DNA of 55,853 bases, from the IMG/VR virus record IMGVR_UViG_3300027969_000126, positions 1 to 55,853 of that record, one strand, 5' to 3'. The stretch is from a virus (taxonomy: Duplodnaviria > Caudoviricetes). Positions 25,501 to 36,460 of the stretch are shown in pieces. The stretch's first letter is position 1; every line of letters begins with the position of its first letter. The position numbers and the translations under genes are program-made. A model generated the notes under the pieces. That model was given only the letters and a program-made list of their open reading frames with translations, did no database searches and was not told where the DNA came from.

Positions 25501-28235
25501 CCCGTAAACGAAGTACCTTGGTATATTACTGGATCACCAAAACTTATACCATTGCTATCAAAAATATCAAACTTAGGCGATTGATTTAGCTGAGTTTTTT
25601 GTTGACCTTCTTTCCATTCATTGCCGTCGAAGTAAAAATCTTTACCTAAATAATTATATCCTCTGTACACAGCAGTTTGTTCATCTGGCAAAACTAAACC
25701 GTCATCGGCTTCTGTTAAAGTAATAACCGGTGTTGTGTTTGCTGCCAACGTAGAAAAACGTGATATATAAATTTTATTTCTAACATCTAAATTAGTATCT
25801 GCTGCAAATACTACCCTAGAACCATCAAACAATGAATAGTTATCCAACGGCGTGTCAGCAGTCACTACGGATGCGGTTGATGTAGCATAGATAATAGATT
25901 GACTATACCAAGTCACCGTAATTACAGTATTAGCGCCAACAACTTCAATAGCAGATATAAATGTTATTGAAGGTAAGAACCCAGTAGAATCTGTTAAATA
26001 TTGATTTAGCGTAAATGATCCAAATACACTATCAGTAGGGACTGTAATAGTTGTACTGTATGGATATATACTAGTAGTCATTGTACCTGAAGCTAAACTT
26101 AATGCAAAGTCAGTTCCTGCCTTAGAAGTAGAAATAGTAATATTATTGTCTGATATACTAGTAATATAGTAAGTTGTTCCGGCAACTATACCCCCAAAAA
26201 CTGTTCCACCAAAAACAATAGTATCGTTTACATATAGTCCGGCGGTACTACTCAATGTTATTTGATTAACCAATGATACCGTATTAGTTGCGACTACAGT
26301 TGTTGTAGGTCCTAATACTGGGTTGATAATTGAATCATAACCGGTCCATCCTGCAACGTCAGGATAATAATTAGTATTTCCGGCAACTAATGTAAAGGCG
26401 TCAGTTGTTCTAGTATCAATAAAATCAATAGGATTTTTGCCTATTATACCTGCATCAAACATTTTGAGGTTGGGATAAAATTCTATAATAGGTCTTTTTG
26501 CTTTATTGTTTAGTTGAGTGTATTCAGTTGCAAGAGCCGGGTTATTGTTATATAATGCGGTTGCATTTATAACATCAATGTGAAACCATCTATTACTTCT
26601 TGACCATGGATTTTTATTAATTGCATTTCTTGCAATAGTAATGTAATCTTGATATATTGGTATATATAAGCCAGAATCATAATTTCCTACATCATATGAG
26701 GTAGTATCATACGGTATATATTCTGCTGATGAAAACAAGCCCGGTGATATAAGAGAACTAACCGGTACCAATTGAATAGCAGTACCTACACCTTCTACAT
26801 AATATTCTATATTATTGTAACTTTCAGGGTAGATTTCACCTTGAAACAATACTTTTAAACCATTAGTAAATACTACCCCATTTGGTGCAGTATATTGTGA
26901 TTTTCCTAAAATTTGTGTATCTATGTTAATTATATCTAATACATTGTTATCTACTAACTTGATTATACCAACTTTAAGTGGATTAATATTATCTTGATAA
27001 TACAATGTATCTAAAATTGCACTATTGTATGGCTCTAATGTTATTTGGCCTATGCTGTTTCTATAAAAATTTCTACCTACCCATTCAACACCATATGCTG
27101 CTGTTATTCTTTGATTTGTGGGTATAGATTCTTCAGGAATAAGTTGGATGATAGGATTGTCAATTTCACCCAATAATTTAACTACATAATAGTTTGCGTT
27201 TACTTGTGAGTAAAATCCACCTTCATAATTGTTATTAAAAATGTCTGTTCCGGGATAATCAGATTCTGCATTATAAATTACACCACCTTCTTCATCATAT
27301 AAGGTTTGATCATAGAATTTATCAACATAAGCAACTTCATTATATACTCCGGTATTATAGAACATTACCCGTAACCCTTCCAATGCGGTTACTCCGTCTA
27401 TACCACCAATTGAATTGACTCTGGCTCCATTCACTTCACTAAATGGTTTTGTTGATATTACATCAACAACATTGTCGCCTGGAAAATAAAATTCATTTAA
27501 TGCATTCTTTTCAGGCACATTAAAAGTTATTACACCGGCACTGGCTCCATTATTAGTAACACCATACACCTCACGAGTTTGAACATTGCGTTGAGTTGGA
27601 CTAAAACCAGTAATACCCGGCTCACCTTGAATCCAAAATTCACTATCTTGATTTACAGTAAAAGTATAAGTACCACCGCGTAGTAAAGTTAATGTAGGGT
27701 TTATTGATGGTGTGCTATCTGTTTCTGATGTAATAATAAATTGATTAGGATCAGACTGCACATGATAATTTGAGGAATTATAAACAATACTAGATGAAAT
27801 TACAACTCTTTCAGGACCGTTAGGTAACCAATAATACTGATTAAAATTTATAATAGGATCTAAATTAGTAAACGAATCCCATGAATAAAATTGACTATTA
27901 AAAAGTCTATTGTTATTGTTAGTTATTCCACCTTTAAGATTTAGTGCATCAATGATTCCCGGATAACTAATAAAATCTTTTGCAGTTGAATCATTTTCTT
28001 TTAAAAATACAACACCCGGATCTAATTGGTAATCAGTTCTGATTTTAGTTGGCTCGGTGACATAATAATCTTTAGCATTAACTCCATAACCAAATTTACT
28101 ACCTATATAACCCTGTATTTTTCTAGTATTGGGTTCTGCTACCAATTGATCTAGCGTTGCTGCTAAAAATTGACTATTGGTTTTGGTTTTAAATATTTCT
28201 GGAAGAAAATCCAATGTTCTAATTCTTGTTGCCAT
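7575..28235 (-). CDS. Giant (6886 aa) baseplate wedge/fibre protein in the gp7-like position, with beta-propellers and repeated inserted modules
   Basis: 20.6-kb uninterrupted ORF directly after gp6. It contains FG-GAP-like repeats, BNR-like repeats, many G.PV.F..GG...YYV...F.IS modules and AGSFV.G..Y.I...GTT modules. Confidence 0.85.
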   Translation of the reverse strand: MATRIRTLDFLPEIFKTKTNSQFLAATLDQLVAEPNTRKIQGYIGSKFGYGVNAKDYYVTEPTKIRTDYQLDPGVVFLKENDSTAKDFISYPGIIDALNLKGGITNNNNRLFNSQFYSWDSFTNLDPIINFNQYYWLPNGPERVVISSSIVYNSSNYHVQSDPNQFIITSETDSTPSINPTLTLLRGGTYTFTVNQDSEFWIQGEPGITGFSPTQRNVQTREVYGVTNNGASAGVITFNVPEKNALNEFYFPGDNVVDVISTKPFSEVNGARVNSIGGIDGVTALEGLRVMFYNTGVYNEVAYVDKFYDQTLYDEEGGVIYNAESDYPGTDIFNNNYEGGFYSQVNANYYVVKLLGEIDNPIIQLIPEESIPTNQRITAAYGVEWVGRNFYRNSIGQITLEPYNSAILDTLYYQDNINPLKVGIIKLVDNNVLDIINIDTQILGKSQYTAPNGVVFTNGLKVLFQGEIYPESYNNIEYYVEGVGTAIQLVPVSSLISPGLFSSAEYIPYDTTSYDVGNYDSGLYIPIYQDYITIARNAINKNPWSRSNRWFHIDVINATALYNNNPALATEYTQLNNKAKRPIIEFYPNLKMFDAGIIGKNPIDFIDTRTTDAFTLVAGNTNYYPDVAGWTGYDSIINPVLGPTTTVVATNTVSLVNQITLSSTAGLYVNDTIVFGGTVFGGIVAGTTYYITSISDNNITISTSKAGTDFALSLASGTMTTSIYPYSTTITVPTDSVFGSFTLNQYLTDSTGFLPSITFISAIEVVGANTVITVTWYSQSIIYATSTASVVTADTPLDNYSLFDGSRVVFAADTNLDVRNKIYISRFSTLAANTTPVITLTEADDGLVLPDEQTAVYRGYNYLGKDFYFDGNEWKEGQQKTQLNQSPKFDIFDSNGISFGDPVIYQGTSFTGTSLFAYALGSGVDDPVLGFPVKYSSVNNVNDISFDVTLNSDTFNYVNGTQSVNQQVNTGYVYNYTPNTSSIRELGWQTAVSPSVQYQIFEFEYNAIVNPANIFVCDIGPSLAVPTNWPMIQVYVNNVYLPNTLYTATTNPTTTTTTIQIPVIPSVDTVIQILILSDQVSATAYYQTPINLNNNPLNETLTTANVGDIRGHYQSIFFNNPNTKGEVFGPNNYRDLGNLVPWGNRIIQNSASLVLPGTFLRNQSHDLFDAVLYNSRQYITFKSLLVNTVNNSAYSVMLTPAEMLDDALDQINAPYSDSQPFFWSDMLPSKAPYISNTYSFANSLDTSIYPLSRVYNFATSNYNGVLVYLTRNGTQTQLVTNVDYTVSTDSPSLTITLDLLPNDVVTINEYNQTYGSYVPNTPTKLGLYPASVPEVILDTAYTTPTYFILGHDGSFNKLYGSYNPTTNTLVDFRDQVLLEYETRVYNNLKLSNLIPVELYEVLPGFFRETDYSYDQFLQIYSEAFLNWIGQNRIDYKTQVFSSSNEFTYNYKNSGNKIDRAPIGPGYFRGVYLYFYDTSTPNETPWEMLGFANQPTWWAARYGAAPYTSDNLVLWGDLAAGLNWNDGNPFVMPRFVRDGLLKIIPVDSNGDLLSPLDAIVGNYDDKIFKRDWIAGDVGPAEFSYRRSSTWPFDLMRILGLTKPAKLFNLGVDVDNYKYNVEFNQYLVNDRSHLVISDVPIYGAGTPATSYINWIVDYEKQVGIDATTNITTLLDNLDVRLVYRLAGFSDKSMLQFYVEKSSANSNNSSLLIPDESYGLLLYENQAFDRIVYSSVVVQVTPNGYTVYGNSQTKAYFKVLVPKASTATETISVEGLSVDLVTQFYDQTVEIPYGTEFYNVQQVSQFLINYGEYLKTQGVQFEEIENGIPINWSQMIAEFLYWAQTGWDVGSIATINPSASNLTIDKESCIVQPLTLRQFNFVLNQDLYPIQSNNLCIDRLNTAFSVQPLNVGDTISYGQFNISNIEHGIVFDNVTLFNDVIYNLITGLRQNRITVRGVKTADWNGNVDAFGFILNQDNILEWSANTKYTQGSIIKYKNKYWSAIRIVEAKPLFEEREWVETNYNEIQKGLLPNSQTRSYESTLYYDVNSANLENDADLLSFSLIGYRPRDYLALVDLTDVTQVNVYKNLIKDKGTLNAANAFKGANLPQGGIDYTLYENWAIQSGEFGGILNNNFVEFRLSQPDLVGNPSIVGLTSGGDTQGIQQEVPIYDLFNYNRPINSVNILPTVANIQPSMLYPTAGYVNFDDVKMASYYYSGLSTAQNAVGTIVPINQFYVRDYVWIANYLSSWQVYTPASLGSITTATNNLNNTVTITFSQAHNLTRYQIFAIANFDVAINNYYIVAAVIDPFRVIINLSLNPQVKSITGLGIGFRMQSQRVATAPEIINLPLLDNEFNKLKVWVDTNNDGSWAVYRKSLNYQYKQELAPLSTGTFGSAVAYTSKLGYLIGDSYLGKVQRYAYDAETNTCILVQTITQGTSFGSTISYSDNLFVISEPTTASKVYIYQLISTIALNTLALCQTISAPAGVTNWGSSTALSGDQNWLYVSDIDNNSVYVYRRAAYNVDAGNFVSGTTYTIISVGTTDFTTIGATSNEVGTIFIATGVGTGTGVASNSTYQQSYIIDGDTLGLTVSGDDFGQAISTDYYGDTVIISAPQENYDANTENYGYSYIFARTVQNFIAQSTSVAFIPLSFPLAWTPTTVTQIATATNSSTDRITISDSTGFSVGDPVIFSTVTNAGSFVIGQSYVITAIGTTNFVAIGAASNTVGLTFVATGAGSGTGVANSSGIISGGAISANTVYYVKAKPTATTFTISATRTGSTIDLTTATGSMTVIVQTIPLYVSVNDTLITDNKYAVIGSTLYVYSDNTSTLNAGDILNISSSNFVLTQTLTNEETPRIGVQFGTSIETNTFANEILIGAPFELSAENYEGAVHRFTNGGERYGTIYGTETCTITTSRTILINGFMVVLPAGDATSAAANINSVSIPNVYATDVDGKLIISLVDFELGVAGNKLSLSVVDTATLAELGITIYKQTQKINCPHLTGTTQFGTVIKMDPITDSIVVSAPTGTRYSATTFDFVDDELDNDTIFDNNATQWVDTFTNAGAVYMFDYLATYNENINNPGKYVYAQSTNSQDLVYGSQPMYGQALDFNNGTVLIGTPEFNPDVNTNGQVIIYISTSATPDWAVYRSTSAIVDINGVYNIQLFSAETNNTLENLDYIDPLQGKLLGAVTENIDVVSNVDPAGYNSPTVSGQPGLVWGADKLGQLWFDTSNTRFMNYHQNDISYNSQWWGRVFPRSDVAVYTWVVSNVPPSQYTGPGTPYNLERYTIRGLVNPEGLINPIYYFWARNTGIVSTRLGKTLADITLESYITRPQFSGISYFTPLLPNVFGLYNCFPYINANDTVLHIGFSTGKNDDVAHSQYSLIRANYADDFLPGVPGSGAAYQNHAAVGISEPISLYNRMLDSMCGVDNAGGVVPDPLLPKAVQTGVLARPRQGFFYNRFGALENYLKYANIVLSQFPIVEIRNPQFLYRVGEINPTTNQPFFDTKAYWDLINWWAPGYNDNTKSSLQVPIYADLSTLNVTVGTIVTVATNGNGNSETYIYEIDGSWTRIGLQNGTIEFSSRLWDYTESKLGFGDNFFDTTPYDVYPSTETRYIVRALNEQIYTNELSIFRNKSLILLFEYIQSETIESQNYLTWLNKTSFVDVSHTIRELLPLEVFRSDNQLFLEGYLNEVKPYHVVIKEFIFKYTRTEIFEGDITDFDLPAQYDFSIEQFITPELVYDNVSSNSQFLPTSPIWQSPSYNQWFNNYGLSIGQLSPDSLSYIGKLDFQLSTLDSYLTLNSNSCYVDNVNGFPVTGIIRIGEEEISYSGRELVTNVLTGLSRGINGTTPTVHFPGEYIFMDLPPVVVINSGRNYANPPRVTAYIDTSIYPSPRVPAQLQPIMSLGSVIGVTVLNPGSGYVVAPSIVIDPAFTVTVNSTNVQLIDSAIGISTPILQTGDLVIYTVPAGSTPIGGLIEGGQYYVNMLELTPYPEFALYTEYAAAVEDHDRVQLTSTGTGTQYFSVSAVATAITTSTPTRENNISLRFDRTSYNSQVIPWVPSGFYGSFYAGSFSNSSQVSASSITLFSSAPPISTIAASAMGATFEIIDATNQQTISFSSRTRNTVQTYGSSYVTIAYRNAIRINPESGGAVVGANIGSTIGFYVGMPVKFVGSVIGTPLLDSTIYYVKSLVKLPNPDSGILEDTGFTISDTIDANGNPGAVVAQNTATITAAGLVLYVGELTNLAVLTINYSGLRNVTATTAGTNYITVKLNSTGQNGTNGFYLGLPIFFVGNTEIFGNVIENEIYYVISVLDKETFTMSLNNDPTIIYATGTSSSDNSITCESTTGLTVNEPIVFSNIVLQAGYLVATQQYTITTVGTTDFTLIGASFNTVGTVFTATGVGSGTGTATPTSTATFGGIATTTTYYVSQIISGSKISISTTFNGTAKTLTTALGSCTITSQADTTVLETGTGSMTLNVGLPISPGQINGQQFTLYNTSGQYIGQTGVVGNLLTREMSATLSCPTITDRICLPTFGPGLTDIYNNMKFNIASAMGGLTVAGGPYTITNSDITTIQVSSTIGTLNWLVLTDEFNTDTTSVLYVGMPLFFSGTSIGGVSLGEVYYVYSIDTSPPATTGRFKISADPNLSSVYNVTTDSGEMYGSGDPYIEIAATLINSSQIVSSITVADPAVITVPNGAAFTDGTAITFTSTGILPVPLTNTVTYYVTGRSGNTFNIAYRVGGATIKTTTGGTGTIVVTAVPVKLTQYVGTTPVFDVSYILGGYRTIITTPGTGYAVNNTITILGTAIGGTTPTNDLTITVLTIDADGGVTSAISNGTPPGTVNKYYLEVISENQVGVYSNPNLTVAVSGQNFPYTGITSTTVTALASTVITVDSLTGFNQYDPVVFTGSVAGNIVLGQVYYIKTITPSLTISTTVNGSTFTVGTASGLSFSMAKQGDYAMLPEPFFFNPTIVKYNKQLYQCIISNNDTDFIFGKWELLDQGSIKLNALDRIIGYYQPTINMPGVDLTQLVDGITYPNGTYLGNPFAPADEFAIDTILTNQPFYPNGIDLKAIVFNGLLYLAAADAEEYSSINVSETTANWAIDKISNQALGITDLLYAGGSYVMTTTNNATPILVSDNGYTWISNGTFTPFDGIPYDMGNFDVSSVTVPSLALNSVIYHNGVYVAVGDNIVTSTDLYSWTQRFVFNNGLTNTFKSVAYVSTTGYTGYIAVGLGQQLINGIATNFGIIYTSPDAYNWSLVNFAGTHLGFNGIAFNNQEVVILGDDGVLYTSTNGTTWFVQSSGVATTLNNIIWDEYNSRYVAVGDAGTIITSDIFGINWTVENSEVNSTLENVLWNNIAEQYVAVGYNNTIITSPDAITWTSNSSFIIDPSVYNVQGDAFTAGYGPEELVAGVVSDTIMMTVATRPGTDWDDTIYQHTGYNVVSTEIAPTTANQTQYSFANMALVPAQLGVFVIDYITGLSTSIYETIDYSVDWITKTITLVDPITFVSSTTTDKLRIDVYEVGNGDQLVKANSETDPIRLNAVTGFNEIYVNANYTNTIYKGSGLIRPDTSPVYVIATGTDSTTNTIICQSVNEFILNSPITFSGNVIGGIVEDQVYYVKSIGGASKRITISEIYNSISGTAGITFPLTTATGIMEAIIQVGTGAIWTPPAVYHNGTQLVNGVTSQVLRTKAGTNTITTISTGSLILDTKIVFSNTIFGGIIPKQTYYIKAIYDANEFTISSTVGGPEVELSNSTGSAILITNDFAIDLADNGINASLVFAAEYDATVDYLVYSLFGETIPVQYGYSIPQVQRFTGDGSTASFYLNNYIGETNTTSSIVEINGIRLTSSAYTISDVSNTILFYSPPTLGSVVAVTSYNLPERQYFNTQYNITGSPGSELLSVVVTNTTASIVTYDSVLTAGSFVAGNQYVIKSIGTTSWTSLGTTSVTAGSFVAGTQYIVNSTGTTNWSLIGGGGTVTGSIANQTLNGVLTGVLTVTNVLTPSVLSTALIVGQTYTILSLGTTNWNTVAGTTGITYAVGNIITAQATAAGTGTAAKDILSINQVLSGTGVTGGTTITGFLTGSGGIGTYTLSATQTVASTTITATAAQNVLFTATGVGLGTGTALVASFTATGVGTGTGTVYNGYDQNDFDEANYWLTTSDTSILSINYPLVFGTVISGSGMVAGVTYYVTSILTSTTFTISTTVGGDSPILASAAGSMTATVNGLTVANITSISNIISPALGTYYISATAVGTNYITCSSTTGMIVNQDIVFKVPTYTVGSLTLGIDYQINSLGTTTNAQWNTIAGTSGVTYSVGDNFTCANIGTGYGTGAAIVTSVGGINTTGQVYFVDSVVDSTHFTIKDQNGIVPTLSNSTDNIVATMGENPAIRVTTGIINNFTEGALVRLDGMIGSTQLLNNVYYVRIISNTVFDLYTEPYNPALYAVNYPVTFASAYVSGGYAWLDELFTVADTVATTTTSNGNRITVTNTDALVPGTPVYFTKIGAAINDDIMGGIEAKVEYYVLEVRPEITTGNFIVGNQYQITVPGTTDFTTLGAASNSVGVIFICNSSLQTGTGLATGLQEFTITADRYPDEAEVLLIDDTGAINVSQFEQFNVDRLWVTVNGYRLPSSSLRLNPYNNLSVLTTINTGDEVIITSMMPTATPNELVYLLNVSQKGNASVYRANTQTRTWLVEPLKFTDDVIYLNDASRVTDSIVQENVCPAVLDGKYNIGLVSNKNAICHVTVYNNTTGVTVNPANYKIVLEGVGYPWPLHPNPLVVGAPILQISSQVSVNDSLTITSVEGRLLYINGEQIGFQECDLELNTVSLLSRGTNGTGVPTYTPLYAEVFGLLPNNRMTNVLYEEEWNPIPGIYNQTEGDPLQIADAEGAIFLRTDIN

Positions 28236-28260
28236 TTTAAAATATCTCTATGTTATATAG

Positions 28261-28268
28261 TACTTATG
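28261..28268 (-). promoter_or_regulatory. Late promoter-like CATAAGTA
   Basis: Overlaps the gp6 stop upstream of the giant gene; the same variant occurs at 54560. Confidence 0.5.
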
Positions 28269-31200
28269 CTATTTGTAATTCAGCGGGAGTGAGGGCGGCA
28301 ATTACAATTACATCACCCGAAGATGCTGCATTTACAAATATTTCATATGGCAAACATTTAATTTCGTATAAATCACCAAACTTCATCGTAGGATCGTTTG
28401 GCACCAGTACACAAGAACTAACAAATTCACCTATCTGAGCATGTATGTACGCACTTAATTCGCTGAAATAAAAGGTGTCTCCAAAATTCCAATTATTAAT
28501 ATTAAAATAATTATTCATTTGAGTTAACACTGCACTACGTATTTCACTATCACTTGCATTTGTATTTGAATTTTTAATAACTTTAATAGTTCCGCGTAAT
28601 GCAGCAGCAGCTTTGGGCCCAAATAATGGTTTAAAAACAACACTATTTAAAATAGCACTATCAGATATCATTTTAAAATCTTGTATTTGACTATATTGAG
28701 TAGTTAACTGAGATATACTAGGCCTAATTGGCATCGGTACTGTGCCGGTAGTATCTTGTATCCAAGTTTGATATGCAGTATAATATGCCTGAGTTACTAC
28801 ATACAAATCAATAATATTTGTTGTCGCAGGATCAATACGTGTAGTATTATTACTGTTATGACGATATTGAAATTGCAATCCTTGACGTCCTGGTTTCATA
28901 CTATATTGTGGTTGCTCAACTAAAGTATAATACGGTGTTGTTATCAATTGATCTTGTACAGTTATATAAAATACATTATCATTGTATGCATAAAATAATT
29001 GTCCAACTGGATAATCATATTTTATAACTTCAATTTGTGATGCAGTCGCATATTGATACATAACGGTACTTGATGCTATCAATTGAGTTCTTGATAAATT
29101 AATAGCATCTTGTACTTCCTCAAAAAATACATATATGCCAGTGTTAGTGTTGCCGGTCACATATCCTGTAATTTCATAAAAGAAATCTGGATTCTTTATT
29201 ATCGTTCTATTATTAACATCAATACTAGCAACTTCCACTTCAAAGTCATCTATATATCCGTCGCTTTGTACAGTTTGTCCAATAATACTTGCTGAGATAG
29301 GTTTACTTAATGAATTTTTAGTTCCGGGTTGGGTGTTAGTTTCCAACACCTTCACAAAATCTTGCAAGATTATTCCAGAAAAAGGATCGTACACTAATTT
29401 ACCTGCTTCATAAGTAAATCTAGTATCTGACACACTACCAAAATAATATGCCAATGAACGATATGTTACAGTATATCTATTGTATCCAATACTTTGAAAA
29501 TTAACAAAATAGTTTGGTTCATTAAACACCCCAACACTCCATCGAAGTTGATTGGTATTTAATGAGTTATTAAATACCAATGAAAAATTTTGTTGTAATT
29601 CTAATCTTACTATGCATTCTTGTATGACTGCGTTTGGTAATGTATTACTGAAGGCAGGTAGTACTGTAGTTACTATAGCACCGGATGGAATATAACTATT
29701 CAATGTTATAGGACCTGTACCATTTGCAAATTGTCCTAATCCATTATTGTACCCGTCACCTATTGTGTTCAAAACCGTAGTCCAAATATATGTTATATCT
29801 GATGCCCCGGCTACTCCACTTACCAATCGATTATTACTATCAAAATAATAACCAGAAGGGGCTTCAAATTTTAGTAATGCACCGGATGTTACATATTTTA
29901 AATTAAAGGTAGAATATGTTCCGGTTGGAACTGGTGTCTCTACCCCGTTAACAAAATCATAAAAATATCCAGTGTTACTGTTAGCATCTACTGTACTATT
30001 ATGCCAATACGTAGTACCGTCACCGGAAGCATTGTTAATATTGTATCTAGTATAATTTTGAATATAATATTGTAAAGACCTGTTATCTTCTAATATAGCA
30101 GCTAATATATCAGTAAGGAAAGTAATAATATCACTGGTACTATTTATAGTCAACAAAGAATAACCTTCTGTATTATCTAACCAAACACCACCGTCATTTG
30201 CATAAGAGTTAGTGCTACTATATTTTCCAGTTGGATCTAATAAATCTAAATTTTTACTTACGCCAACACTACTACGATTAAGAGCCTTACTCTTAATGAT
30301 TGAACTATATAATGTATATGGGAAGTTAGTATAATCTTCCCCATTAACCATACGATTTTGTGTATAGTAACGACTTGGAGCACGTTGTTTAATATTTGCT
30401 AGTGTTTCTCTGGCTTGAGCATTTGTAACTGGAACTTGCAATGCCAATACTAATGTTAGAGTCTCTACTCTATTAACTCTACTAATATAATTTATTGATA
30501 CGCTAACGCCTTGCATATCGTTTGGTTGAATTGTATAGGTTAATGCATTACCTGCACGAACATATGATCTAAAGTTTCCTACTGGTATTTGACTAAACAC
30601 GCCATCACCAAATATATAACTTACTTGGTCATTGAATCGGCTGTTTACTGAATAGATTTGTTTAATACTACTTTCTGTTTGCAAATATGCATCTGCATAA
30701 ATGTTATCAACTTTCTTCCATAATCCATATGAGCCATTGCTTTGACTTATTTGATATAACCAAGTATCAGAATTGTTTACACCTTCAATATTAGCAATAT
30801 CAATTACTTGATTAGAAATTTGATTTTGTAAAGTAAAATCAAAATTTTGCAATGAGCCTTGTTTAAAATACACAAAGAACCCTGTATTTGGGCTACCGTA
30901 ACCTAATTTATCATTGCGATATACCATATTAAATCTATTAGTAGGGGCAGGTGGCAATTCATATACATAATCTTGCCCTACTGTGCTAATACTACATAAT
31001 TCAAAATTCATATTGATACCGGATACATTAGTTGAAAATGGTACCACTGGGGTAGTGTTTGGTGGTATCTGTAATGTATATTCGTCAGTTTTTACACCGA
31101 GGATTTGTGCTGAATTACCAGGTAACCCTACTCTTTGTGTATTAATTAATGCAGCATTTATAATAGTATTATATTGTTCTAACCAATATGGATTTGCAGG

Positions 31201-31638
31201 GTCATTCCATAATATAGGAGTATTTCCTAAATTAAATCCATTTAAATCATTTAAATTTTGAGTAGTTTTAATACTTACAACTTTTAAATAACCTTGTCCG
31301 GCTAAGTTTCTTTTTGGTGTATAGCTAACTAAATTAGCTAATTTGATAACTGAATCTCTACGTTCAGCCGTATCAATGAAATTTTCACGGGCGTTTAAAT
31401 CATTACGAAAAGCAAGACCTTGGCCCATAAACGCCATAACGTCAAGCAATGCAATAAATTCTGAACTTTCAACATAGTCATTAAACGTTTCTGGATAATA
31501 TACACGTAGATAGTCTATAAAGGTTTTGCGTAGAGTTTCATAATCGTAACTCTTAAAATCGGCTTGTTGGAACGTTTGGTAAATGGCTTTCCAGTCATTT
31601 ACCCCGAATATTGCTGATTGTCTTGAACTTGTAGCCAT
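28264..31638 (-). CDS. gp6: Baseplate wedge subunit, T4 gp6-like
   Basis: DYETLRKTFIDYL...FNDY..SS...LLD...ENFIDTA.RRDSV..LA..VSY.P, FGDGVF and TQNRMVNGEDY (compare gp6 Q.R.VT..DY). Confidence 0.85.
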   Translation of the reverse strand: MATSSRQSAIFGVNDWKAIYQTFQQADFKSYDYETLRKTFIDYLRVYYPETFNDYVESSEFIALLDVMAFMGQGLAFRNDLNARENFIDTAERRDSVIKLANLVSYTPKRNLAGQGYLKVVSIKTTQNLNDLNGFNLGNTPILWNDPANPYWLEQYNTIINAALINTQRVGLPGNSAQILGVKTDEYTLQIPPNTTPVVPFSTNVSGINMNFELCSISTVGQDYVYELPPAPTNRFNMVYRNDKLGYGSPNTGFFVYFKQGSLQNFDFTLQNQISNQVIDIANIEGVNNSDTWLYQISQSNGSYGLWKKVDNIYADAYLQTESSIKQIYSVNSRFNDQVSYIFGDGVFSQIPVGNFRSYVRAGNALTYTIQPNDMQGVSVSINYISRVNRVETLTLVLALQVPVTNAQARETLANIKQRAPSRYYTQNRMVNGEDYTNFPYTLYSSIIKSKALNRSSVGVSKNLDLLDPTGKYSSTNSYANDGGVWLDNTEGYSLLTINSTSDIITFLTDILAAILEDNRSLQYYIQNYTRYNINNASGDGTTYWHNSTVDANSNTGYFYDFVNGVETPVPTGTYSTFNLKYVTSGALLKFEAPSGYYFDSNNRLVSGVAGASDITYIWTTVLNTIGDGYNNGLGQFANGTGPITLNSYIPSGAIVTTVLPAFSNTLPNAVIQECIVRLELQQNFSLVFNNSLNTNQLRWSVGVFNEPNYFVNFQSIGYNRYTVTYRSLAYYFGSVSDTRFTYEAGKLVYDPFSGIILQDFVKVLETNTQPGTKNSLSKPISASIIGQTVQSDGYIDDFEVEVASIDVNNRTIIKNPDFFYEITGYVTGNTNTGIYVFFEEVQDAINLSRTQLIASSTVMYQYATASQIEVIKYDYPVGQLFYAYNDNVFYITVQDQLITTPYYTLVEQPQYSMKPGRQGLQFQYRHNSNNTTRIDPATTNIIDLYVVTQAYYTAYQTWIQDTTGTVPMPIRPSISQLTTQYSQIQDFKMISDSAILNSVVFKPLFGPKAAAALRGTIKVIKNSNTNASDSEIRSAVLTQMNNYFNINNWNFGDTFYFSELSAYIHAQIGEFVSSCVLVPNDPTMKFGDLYEIKCLPYEIFVNAASSGDVIVIAALTPAELQIA

Positions 31639-31655
31639 AATTATTCTCTTTTAAG

Positions 31656-31663
31656 TATTTATC
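31656..31663 (-). promoter_or_regulatory. Late promoter-like GATAAATA
   Basis: Upstream of gp6. Confidence 0.65.
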
Positions 31664-31690
31664 ATACCTGAGAACATAGGTTTTTTAGGG

Positions 31691-32380
31691 TTATTGAATA
31701 ATAGTGCCGGGTTTGTAATGTTCAATCGCTTCTATTATACGAGTTGCCAACATGATATGATAAGTAGCAGTCAAGTGATTTACTCTAGTCTCCTTACTAA
31801 GGTCATTATCTTTTGGCCATCCTTCCTTCATACTTAAATACATTAATGCAGGTCGAATTTCAACACCGTTTTTCCAAGTATGATGATACTCTAAGTCTTG
31901 TGTACCTTCCCTATATTGTCTCCATGGATCATTGTATTCTGATTTATTTTTAGCAAAACTCCACATGTGAATAAACTTTGTATTAGAAAATCTAGTAGAC
32001 CATGTATCAAACCATTGATAGAAGGCCATTGCTTCATATTCAATCTTTTGATAATCATATATATATTTGTAGTAAAGATTTGCTGCTTCCCAAACTTCAC
32101 GATTAGGATCATTTTTATCAATCGGTTGACTAGCTGATCCAGGGCAAATTCCCCTAACAACACGATGAAAAAGTCTGCTGGGTTCAGACCAAGCAAATAC
32201 AGCCACATCAACTGGATCGGGGTAATCTTTAAATTGGAAGAAAGCATCCCAAGAACATGTTCCCGGAAATCCATGCCATTTAACATTATCAGTTTTGAAA
32301 TGCCGACCTACTCGATTGAGATATCCTTGCAGGTCGTGATTTTTACTGATAAAACTATCACCAAACCCAACTATATTCAT
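31691..32380 (-). CDS. SGNH/GDSL-like hydrolase (putative esterase/acyltransferase)
   Basis: N-terminal IVGFGDSF block I, a GFPG..S block and C-terminal NHL. Confidence 0.6.
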   Translation of the reverse strand: MNIVGFGDSFISKNHDLQGYLNRVGRHFKTDNVKWHGFPGTCSWDAFFQFKDYPDPVDVAVFAWSEPSRLFHRVVRGICPGSASQPIDKNDPNREVWEAANLYYKYIYDYQKIEYEAMAFYQWFDTWSTRFSNTKFIHMWSFAKNKSEYNDPWRQYREGTQDLEYHHTWKNGVEIRPALMYLSMKEGWPKDNDLSKETRVNHLTATYHIMLATRIIEAIEHYKPGTIIQ

Positions 32381-32395
32381 GCTAAAATATTCCTA

Positions 32396-32845
32396 TTATT
32401 GTAAAATAGCGCGGCCAGTAGCATTGTTAAAAAACACACTTAATTGTGTTGCTTGATTGAAAGGAGTGACCGCCATTTCAACTTCTAATAGTATCCCATT
32501 TTCTTGTGGATAAGCACGAACTGTATTTAATATTAGTCTGGGATCTTGACCGGCTACCCTACGTATTTCATTTTCTAATGCTGTTTGTACATCTCTTGTA
32601 TTTGGTTCAAATACAAATGTCCACAATGTAGTTCCATAACCCGGCTGTCCTACTTTTTGTCCTTGTTGAATGTTAAGTGCGTTAACAAAATCTTGTATAA
32701 CTAACGGGGTGTCAACTACACTAAACCCGTTTGTTTGAACATATGGTTGTACCGGCGAACCAACTCCACCTGCAGGGCCTGTAGGTAGATTGCTTGAACG
32801 CGGGGAACACGAATTAATAGTAGAAAATCCTTTGTATGTTGTCAT
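32396..32845 (-). CDS. gp25: Baseplate wedge / sheath initiator, gp25 family
   Basis: YKGFST, QGQKVGQPGYGTTLWTFVFEP and DPRL (GPW_gp25 pattern). Confidence 0.85.
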   Translation of the reverse strand: MTTYKGFSTINSCSPRSSNLPTGPAGGVGSPVQPYVQTNGFSVVDTPLVIQDFVNALNIQQGQKVGQPGYGTTLWTFVFEPNTRDVQTALENEIRRVAGQDPRLILNTVRAYPQENGILLEVEMAVTPFNQATQLSVFFNNATGRAILQ

Positions 32846-32861
32846 AATTTATCCTATATTA

Positions 32862-32869
32862 TATTTAGC
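32862..32869 (-). promoter_or_regulatory. Late promoter-like GCTAAATA
   Basis: Upstream of gp25. Confidence 0.6.
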
Positions 32870-34379
32870 CTAGTCTAGGATTTCCACTATAATCAAGATT
32901 TAATTCTTGCCTAGATGTTTCTAATCTCTTTTTATTTTCTGTTCTTAATTCTGATTGTGTAATTATTTCTACTTCCCAATCATATTTTGCTTGTCCAATC
33001 TTAGGATCTCCGGCAGGGTATGTATCTCTCGCCTGTACATAAGCTGCTTGAGCCTCATCAATTTTTTTACTTTGGTCACGCTCTGCTTTATTCAACGAGT
33101 ACTTTAACATTGAATATTTTTCTTTATTTTTTACAGATTGGTCTTGTGCTGCAACAGCATCCGGCGCTGGGCCAGTTCCACCAAAGTCAGGAGCGGGTAT
33201 TACTGGATTACCTAATTGACTATTAATTTGAGTAGTAACTTCACTTCTGTCAACTGTGTTTGAGGCAATTGTAGGCATTTTTATTGGCTGGGGTCCCGAA
33301 CTGTTTAAACTGTTTATGTTGGCTTGCAATGCCGCTGCCGCTGATGCAGGTAATCCAGCACTTGCTAACGATGCTAATCCTTGATCACTTTTTGCTATTC
33401 CGGATATGACTGCTTTAGGATCTGTGCTAGTAAATTTATTTAATGCAGCACTTGCACTAGAGTTGCCGGCAGATAAAGAAGTACCGGTGCTTATCTTAGA
33501 AGTAAGACTAGATATATTATTTAATGCCCCGGTTGAAACGTTGTTTAGTGAAGAAGTTATACCTGCAAGTGATGCCGGTGGCGAGGCAAGTGCGCCGGGT
33601 GCATTATTTACCATAGATGAAATTGAACTCATTCCTCCCGGTATACCACTTATACCAGTACCAGTACTGGCAGATGATAAGATTGATGACGCAGAGGGTA
33701 ATAGTGATCCTCCACCTACTTTTGCTAATGGGTTAGAAGCAGAGCCGGTAAAGGCAGCAACACTACTTGATACACTAGGAAGTGCTCCGCCCACTGTGCT
33801 ACCCAAAGAACCAAATGCTGCTGACATATTTCCTGAGTTAGCTGCTGATTGTAACGCAGGAACATCTACCATGCTCCCCATTGATGATTTAAGTTGTTTT
33901 ATTTCTGGGGTCTCTGCTTGTGCTGCTGCAGGAGCCGCTGCTGCTGCTTCACCTGCTGCCTGTGTTGCTGCATTTTTTTGAGCAATTGCTTTTAAGTCTT
34001 GTGGTACTCCTGGAGTAAAAGCCTTGAATGAAGCAGTTACTGCCCCAAATGCCTGTGCAGCCACGCCCTTAACTGAGTCCGGCGGTGGAGCTGGGGCTGC
34101 CGCTGCCGCTTTTGATAGTGCATCTTCACCTGGTTTACCTGTAGGAGAACCCAGCGGTGATGATAGTGATGGTATTGCGGGCATTGATGGCATTGTCGGC
34201 ATTGATGGTAACGATGATGGCAAACCAGATAAGGATGTTGGTAAAGAACTTAGTGCTCCTCCCTTTGATGCCAAACTTGCAGCAAAGTTTCCTGAACTAA
34301 TTAAAGAGGCTACATTACTCCCCCCTCCTTGCAAGGCAGATGCAAATGCTGCGGGTGCGGGCGGTAAACTAGTTGCCAT
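32865..34379 (-). CDS. Low-complexity Ala/Ser/Pro-rich protein with a charged helical C-terminus
   Basis: 504-aa ORF 5 nt downstream of the gp5-like gene; AAGGGA RBS. Confidence 0.65.
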   Translation of the reverse strand: MATSLPPAPAAFASALQGGGSNVASLISSGNFAASLASKGGALSSLPTSLSGLPSSLPSMPTMPSMPAIPSLSSPLGSPTGKPGEDALSKAAAAAPAPPPDSVKGVAAQAFGAVTASFKAFTPGVPQDLKAIAQKNAATQAAGEAAAAAPAAAQAETPEIKQLKSSMGSMVDVPALQSAANSGNMSAAFGSLGSTVGGALPSVSSSVAAFTGSASNPLAKVGGGSLLPSASSILSSASTGTGISGIPGGMSSISSMVNNAPGALASPPASLAGITSSLNNVSTGALNNISSLTSKISTGTSLSAGNSSASAALNKFTSTDPKAVISGIAKSDQGLASLASAGLPASAAAALQANINSLNSSGPQPIKMPTIASNTVDRSEVTTQINSQLGNPVIPAPDFGGTGPAPDAVAAQDQSVKNKEKYSMLKYSLNKAERDQSKKIDEAQAAYVQARDTYPAGDPKIGQAKYDWEVEIITQSELRTENKKRLETSRQELNLDYSGNPRLG

Positions 34380-34384
34380 AAATT

Positions 34385-36445
34385 TTATCCCTTATTAACT
34401 GAATTTTTAACAAAGTCAGTTGTTTCTTTTAGACCTACTTGTGACGCTGCTGTTACTAACCCGGCAATTGCGGTGGGGGCTTCATTTCCTGTTATTACAC
34501 CAGCTTGAGTCAATCCGGATTGTGCCTTTTGAAAGTTTGCAACTTGAGCATTTACTTGTGCCCCTGTATTATTTACAAATGCTGATAAATTTTCAGCACC
34601 CGGTGCACCGGTAAATAAGTTAGTTGTCATGGCCGATTGTACGTTTGAACCTGATTGTACCAACGAGGTAACTAATGCTGATGCTCCTGGCTTTAATACA
34701 CCAGCAGCTTCCATTTGTTGTGGAGTCATTGCTAAAGAACCAACTGCTGCGTTTAAAGATCCTTTTGCGTCATTGACTATTCCTGTACCAGAACTTACCA
34801 CAGATGCTGCATTAGCCGCGGCACCTGCTGCAACACCACTAACCATAGATGCAGTAACTCCCTTATCTAATGCAGCACTAGTAGCAGGTGTGCTACTAGG
34901 TGCAGTTGATGCTACAGCAGGTGTAACTGGATTTGGTGGGGTTGATGCTGTTGTGTTGTTTGTAGATGCTACTGCCGTGCTAGGTGCTGTTGGTAATGCG
35001 GCACTTGCGCTGGTGGTTATTTTAACATCAACACCCTGGTTAGCAGCAGCCCACGGTGCATGTGCAGGTGCTCTACTAACAATAGATGTTAACAACCCAG
35101 GAGCAGCAGCAAAACCTTTAGTTGCATCTCCTAACGTGTCAGTATGTGCAACTTGAGTAAGCAACGGTACTTCTGCTGGGACTAATGATGCGGATCCTGT
35201 ATTAAGATTTATTAGTTTTCCATTAACATACATAGTGCCATCACTATAATATGAACCTTCCCCTGCCGCAGCCATACTCATTGACCCATCTACTTTTATA
35301 GTAAACTTACCTAATGCATATCCAGTAAAACTTCCTCCTGATCTCCAAGCAATATTAGATGATGCATTTATGTTTATATTATTTGCGGCAATATTTAAAT
35401 CTTTTTTTGCATTAATGTTTATATTGTTATCTGCATGTAAATTTAAATCACCCTGTGTTCTGACATTTACGCTGTTGGTTGAGTACATATCAATTGTACC
35501 TTCTTTGCCTAACTCAATCCAACTTTGACCGTTGCTATGAATAATGTGCAAGCATTGCCCATCATCACTCATTAATATTTGATGACCCAATGCAGTTCTA
35601 AGACGTATTAATTGATCTTTACCTATAACGTCCCCGTCATCCATAACAATGCTATGTCCTCCTCTACGAGAAATAACTTCTAATGCAACATTTTGTGCTG
35701 TATTTTTTTTAGCAAGTATATCTTTATCAGTAAATCCACCTTGATATATAGGTCTGCCCGGAGTACTAACTCCCCATCCAACTCTAGAAGGGCTTTCACG
35801 CAATGCGCTACTACTAATAGGACCCCTAACTGTATCTCTAATTAAACCTTGCTGTGCATATATTGCAGCAGAATAACTATGTACAGGTTTAGCCGCAGTT
35901 AAAAATTCAGCACTATTGGTAATTTCTGGATTATTATTATTTAAATTAACAACTGGCAATTTTTGTGAACCACCAAAAGATTTTGCTTCTCCGTCATTCA
36001 TTGTTACTTTGCCACTAAATGATCCGATAGCAGGGATCATTTGCAATAATTCTGGAGGCAATACACTTCCTATATAATATCCGTAATTTGGATCACCGTT
36101 TATAAAAACACAAATAACAGTACTACCTATATCAGGGGGACTAAACCACATGCCATATGAACTTGGATTACCTGTGAAAGTACCAAAGTCTTTTGAGTTA
36201 TTTCCTGATTGTACTGATGTAGTTCCAAAGAAGGGACTCATATATCCCACTGTAATCCAAGCCTTAACATCGTCTGGATCAGGTGCACCAAAGTCTGAAA
36301 TATAAACTTGAATTCTTCCTCCCCTTGTAGGGTCAATATTGTTTTTTACAATAGCCAATACTGGTTCGGACCTAATAACGCCGCCGCCGGCGTCTGGTTT
36401 ACTTGCTTTTAATTGACCTTTTGGTTTGAATACGTCTTGTGCCAT
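34385..36445 (-). CDS. gp5: Baseplate hub / central spike, gp5/VgrG-like
   Basis: OB-fold motifs DPTRGGRIQVYI and SYGMWFSPPDIGSTVICVF; RRGGHSIVMDDG, GHQILMSD; beta-helix repeats. Confidence 0.8.
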   Translation of the reverse strand: MAQDVFKPKGQLKASKPDAGGGVIRSEPVLAIVKNNIDPTRGGRIQVYISDFGAPDPDDVKAWITVGYMSPFFGTTSVQSGNNSKDFGTFTGNPSSYGMWFSPPDIGSTVICVFINGDPNYGYYIGSVLPPELLQMIPAIGSFSGKVTMNDGEAKSFGGSQKLPVVNLNNNNPEITNSAEFLTAAKPVHSYSAAIYAQQGLIRDTVRGPISSSALRESPSRVGWGVSTPGRPIYQGGFTDKDILAKKNTAQNVALEVISRRGGHSIVMDDGDVIGKDQLIRLRTALGHQILMSDDGQCLHIIHSNGQSWIELGKEGTIDMYSTNSVNVRTQGDLNLHADNNININAKKDLNIAANNININASSNIAWRSGGSFTGYALGKFTIKVDGSMSMAAAGEGSYYSDGTMYVNGKLINLNTGSASLVPAEVPLLTQVAHTDTLGDATKGFAAAPGLLTSIVSRAPAHAPWAAANQGVDVKITTSASAALPTAPSTAVASTNNTTASTPPNPVTPAVASTAPSSTPATSAALDKGVTASMVSGVAAGAAANAASVVSSGTGIVNDAKGSLNAAVGSLAMTPQQMEAAGVLKPGASALVTSLVQSGSNVQSAMTTNLFTGAPGAENLSAFVNNTGAQVNAQVANFQKAQSGLTQAGVITGNEAPTAIAGLVTAASQVGLKETTDFVKNSVNKG

Positions 36446-36460
36446 AATTAATTAATTGTG

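Noticed and set aside
34375-34395. Frameshift or readthrough joining gp5-like and the 504-aa ORF
   Set aside because: The frames differ, the downstream frame has a TAA five codons before its ATG, there is no slippery heptamer, and it has its own RBS.
33406-35156. Antisense ORFs of 124-191 aa on the + strand, and similar short shadow ORFs elsewhere
   Set aside because: They mirror Ala/Ser/Gly-rich real genes and have no RBS or recognisable motifs.
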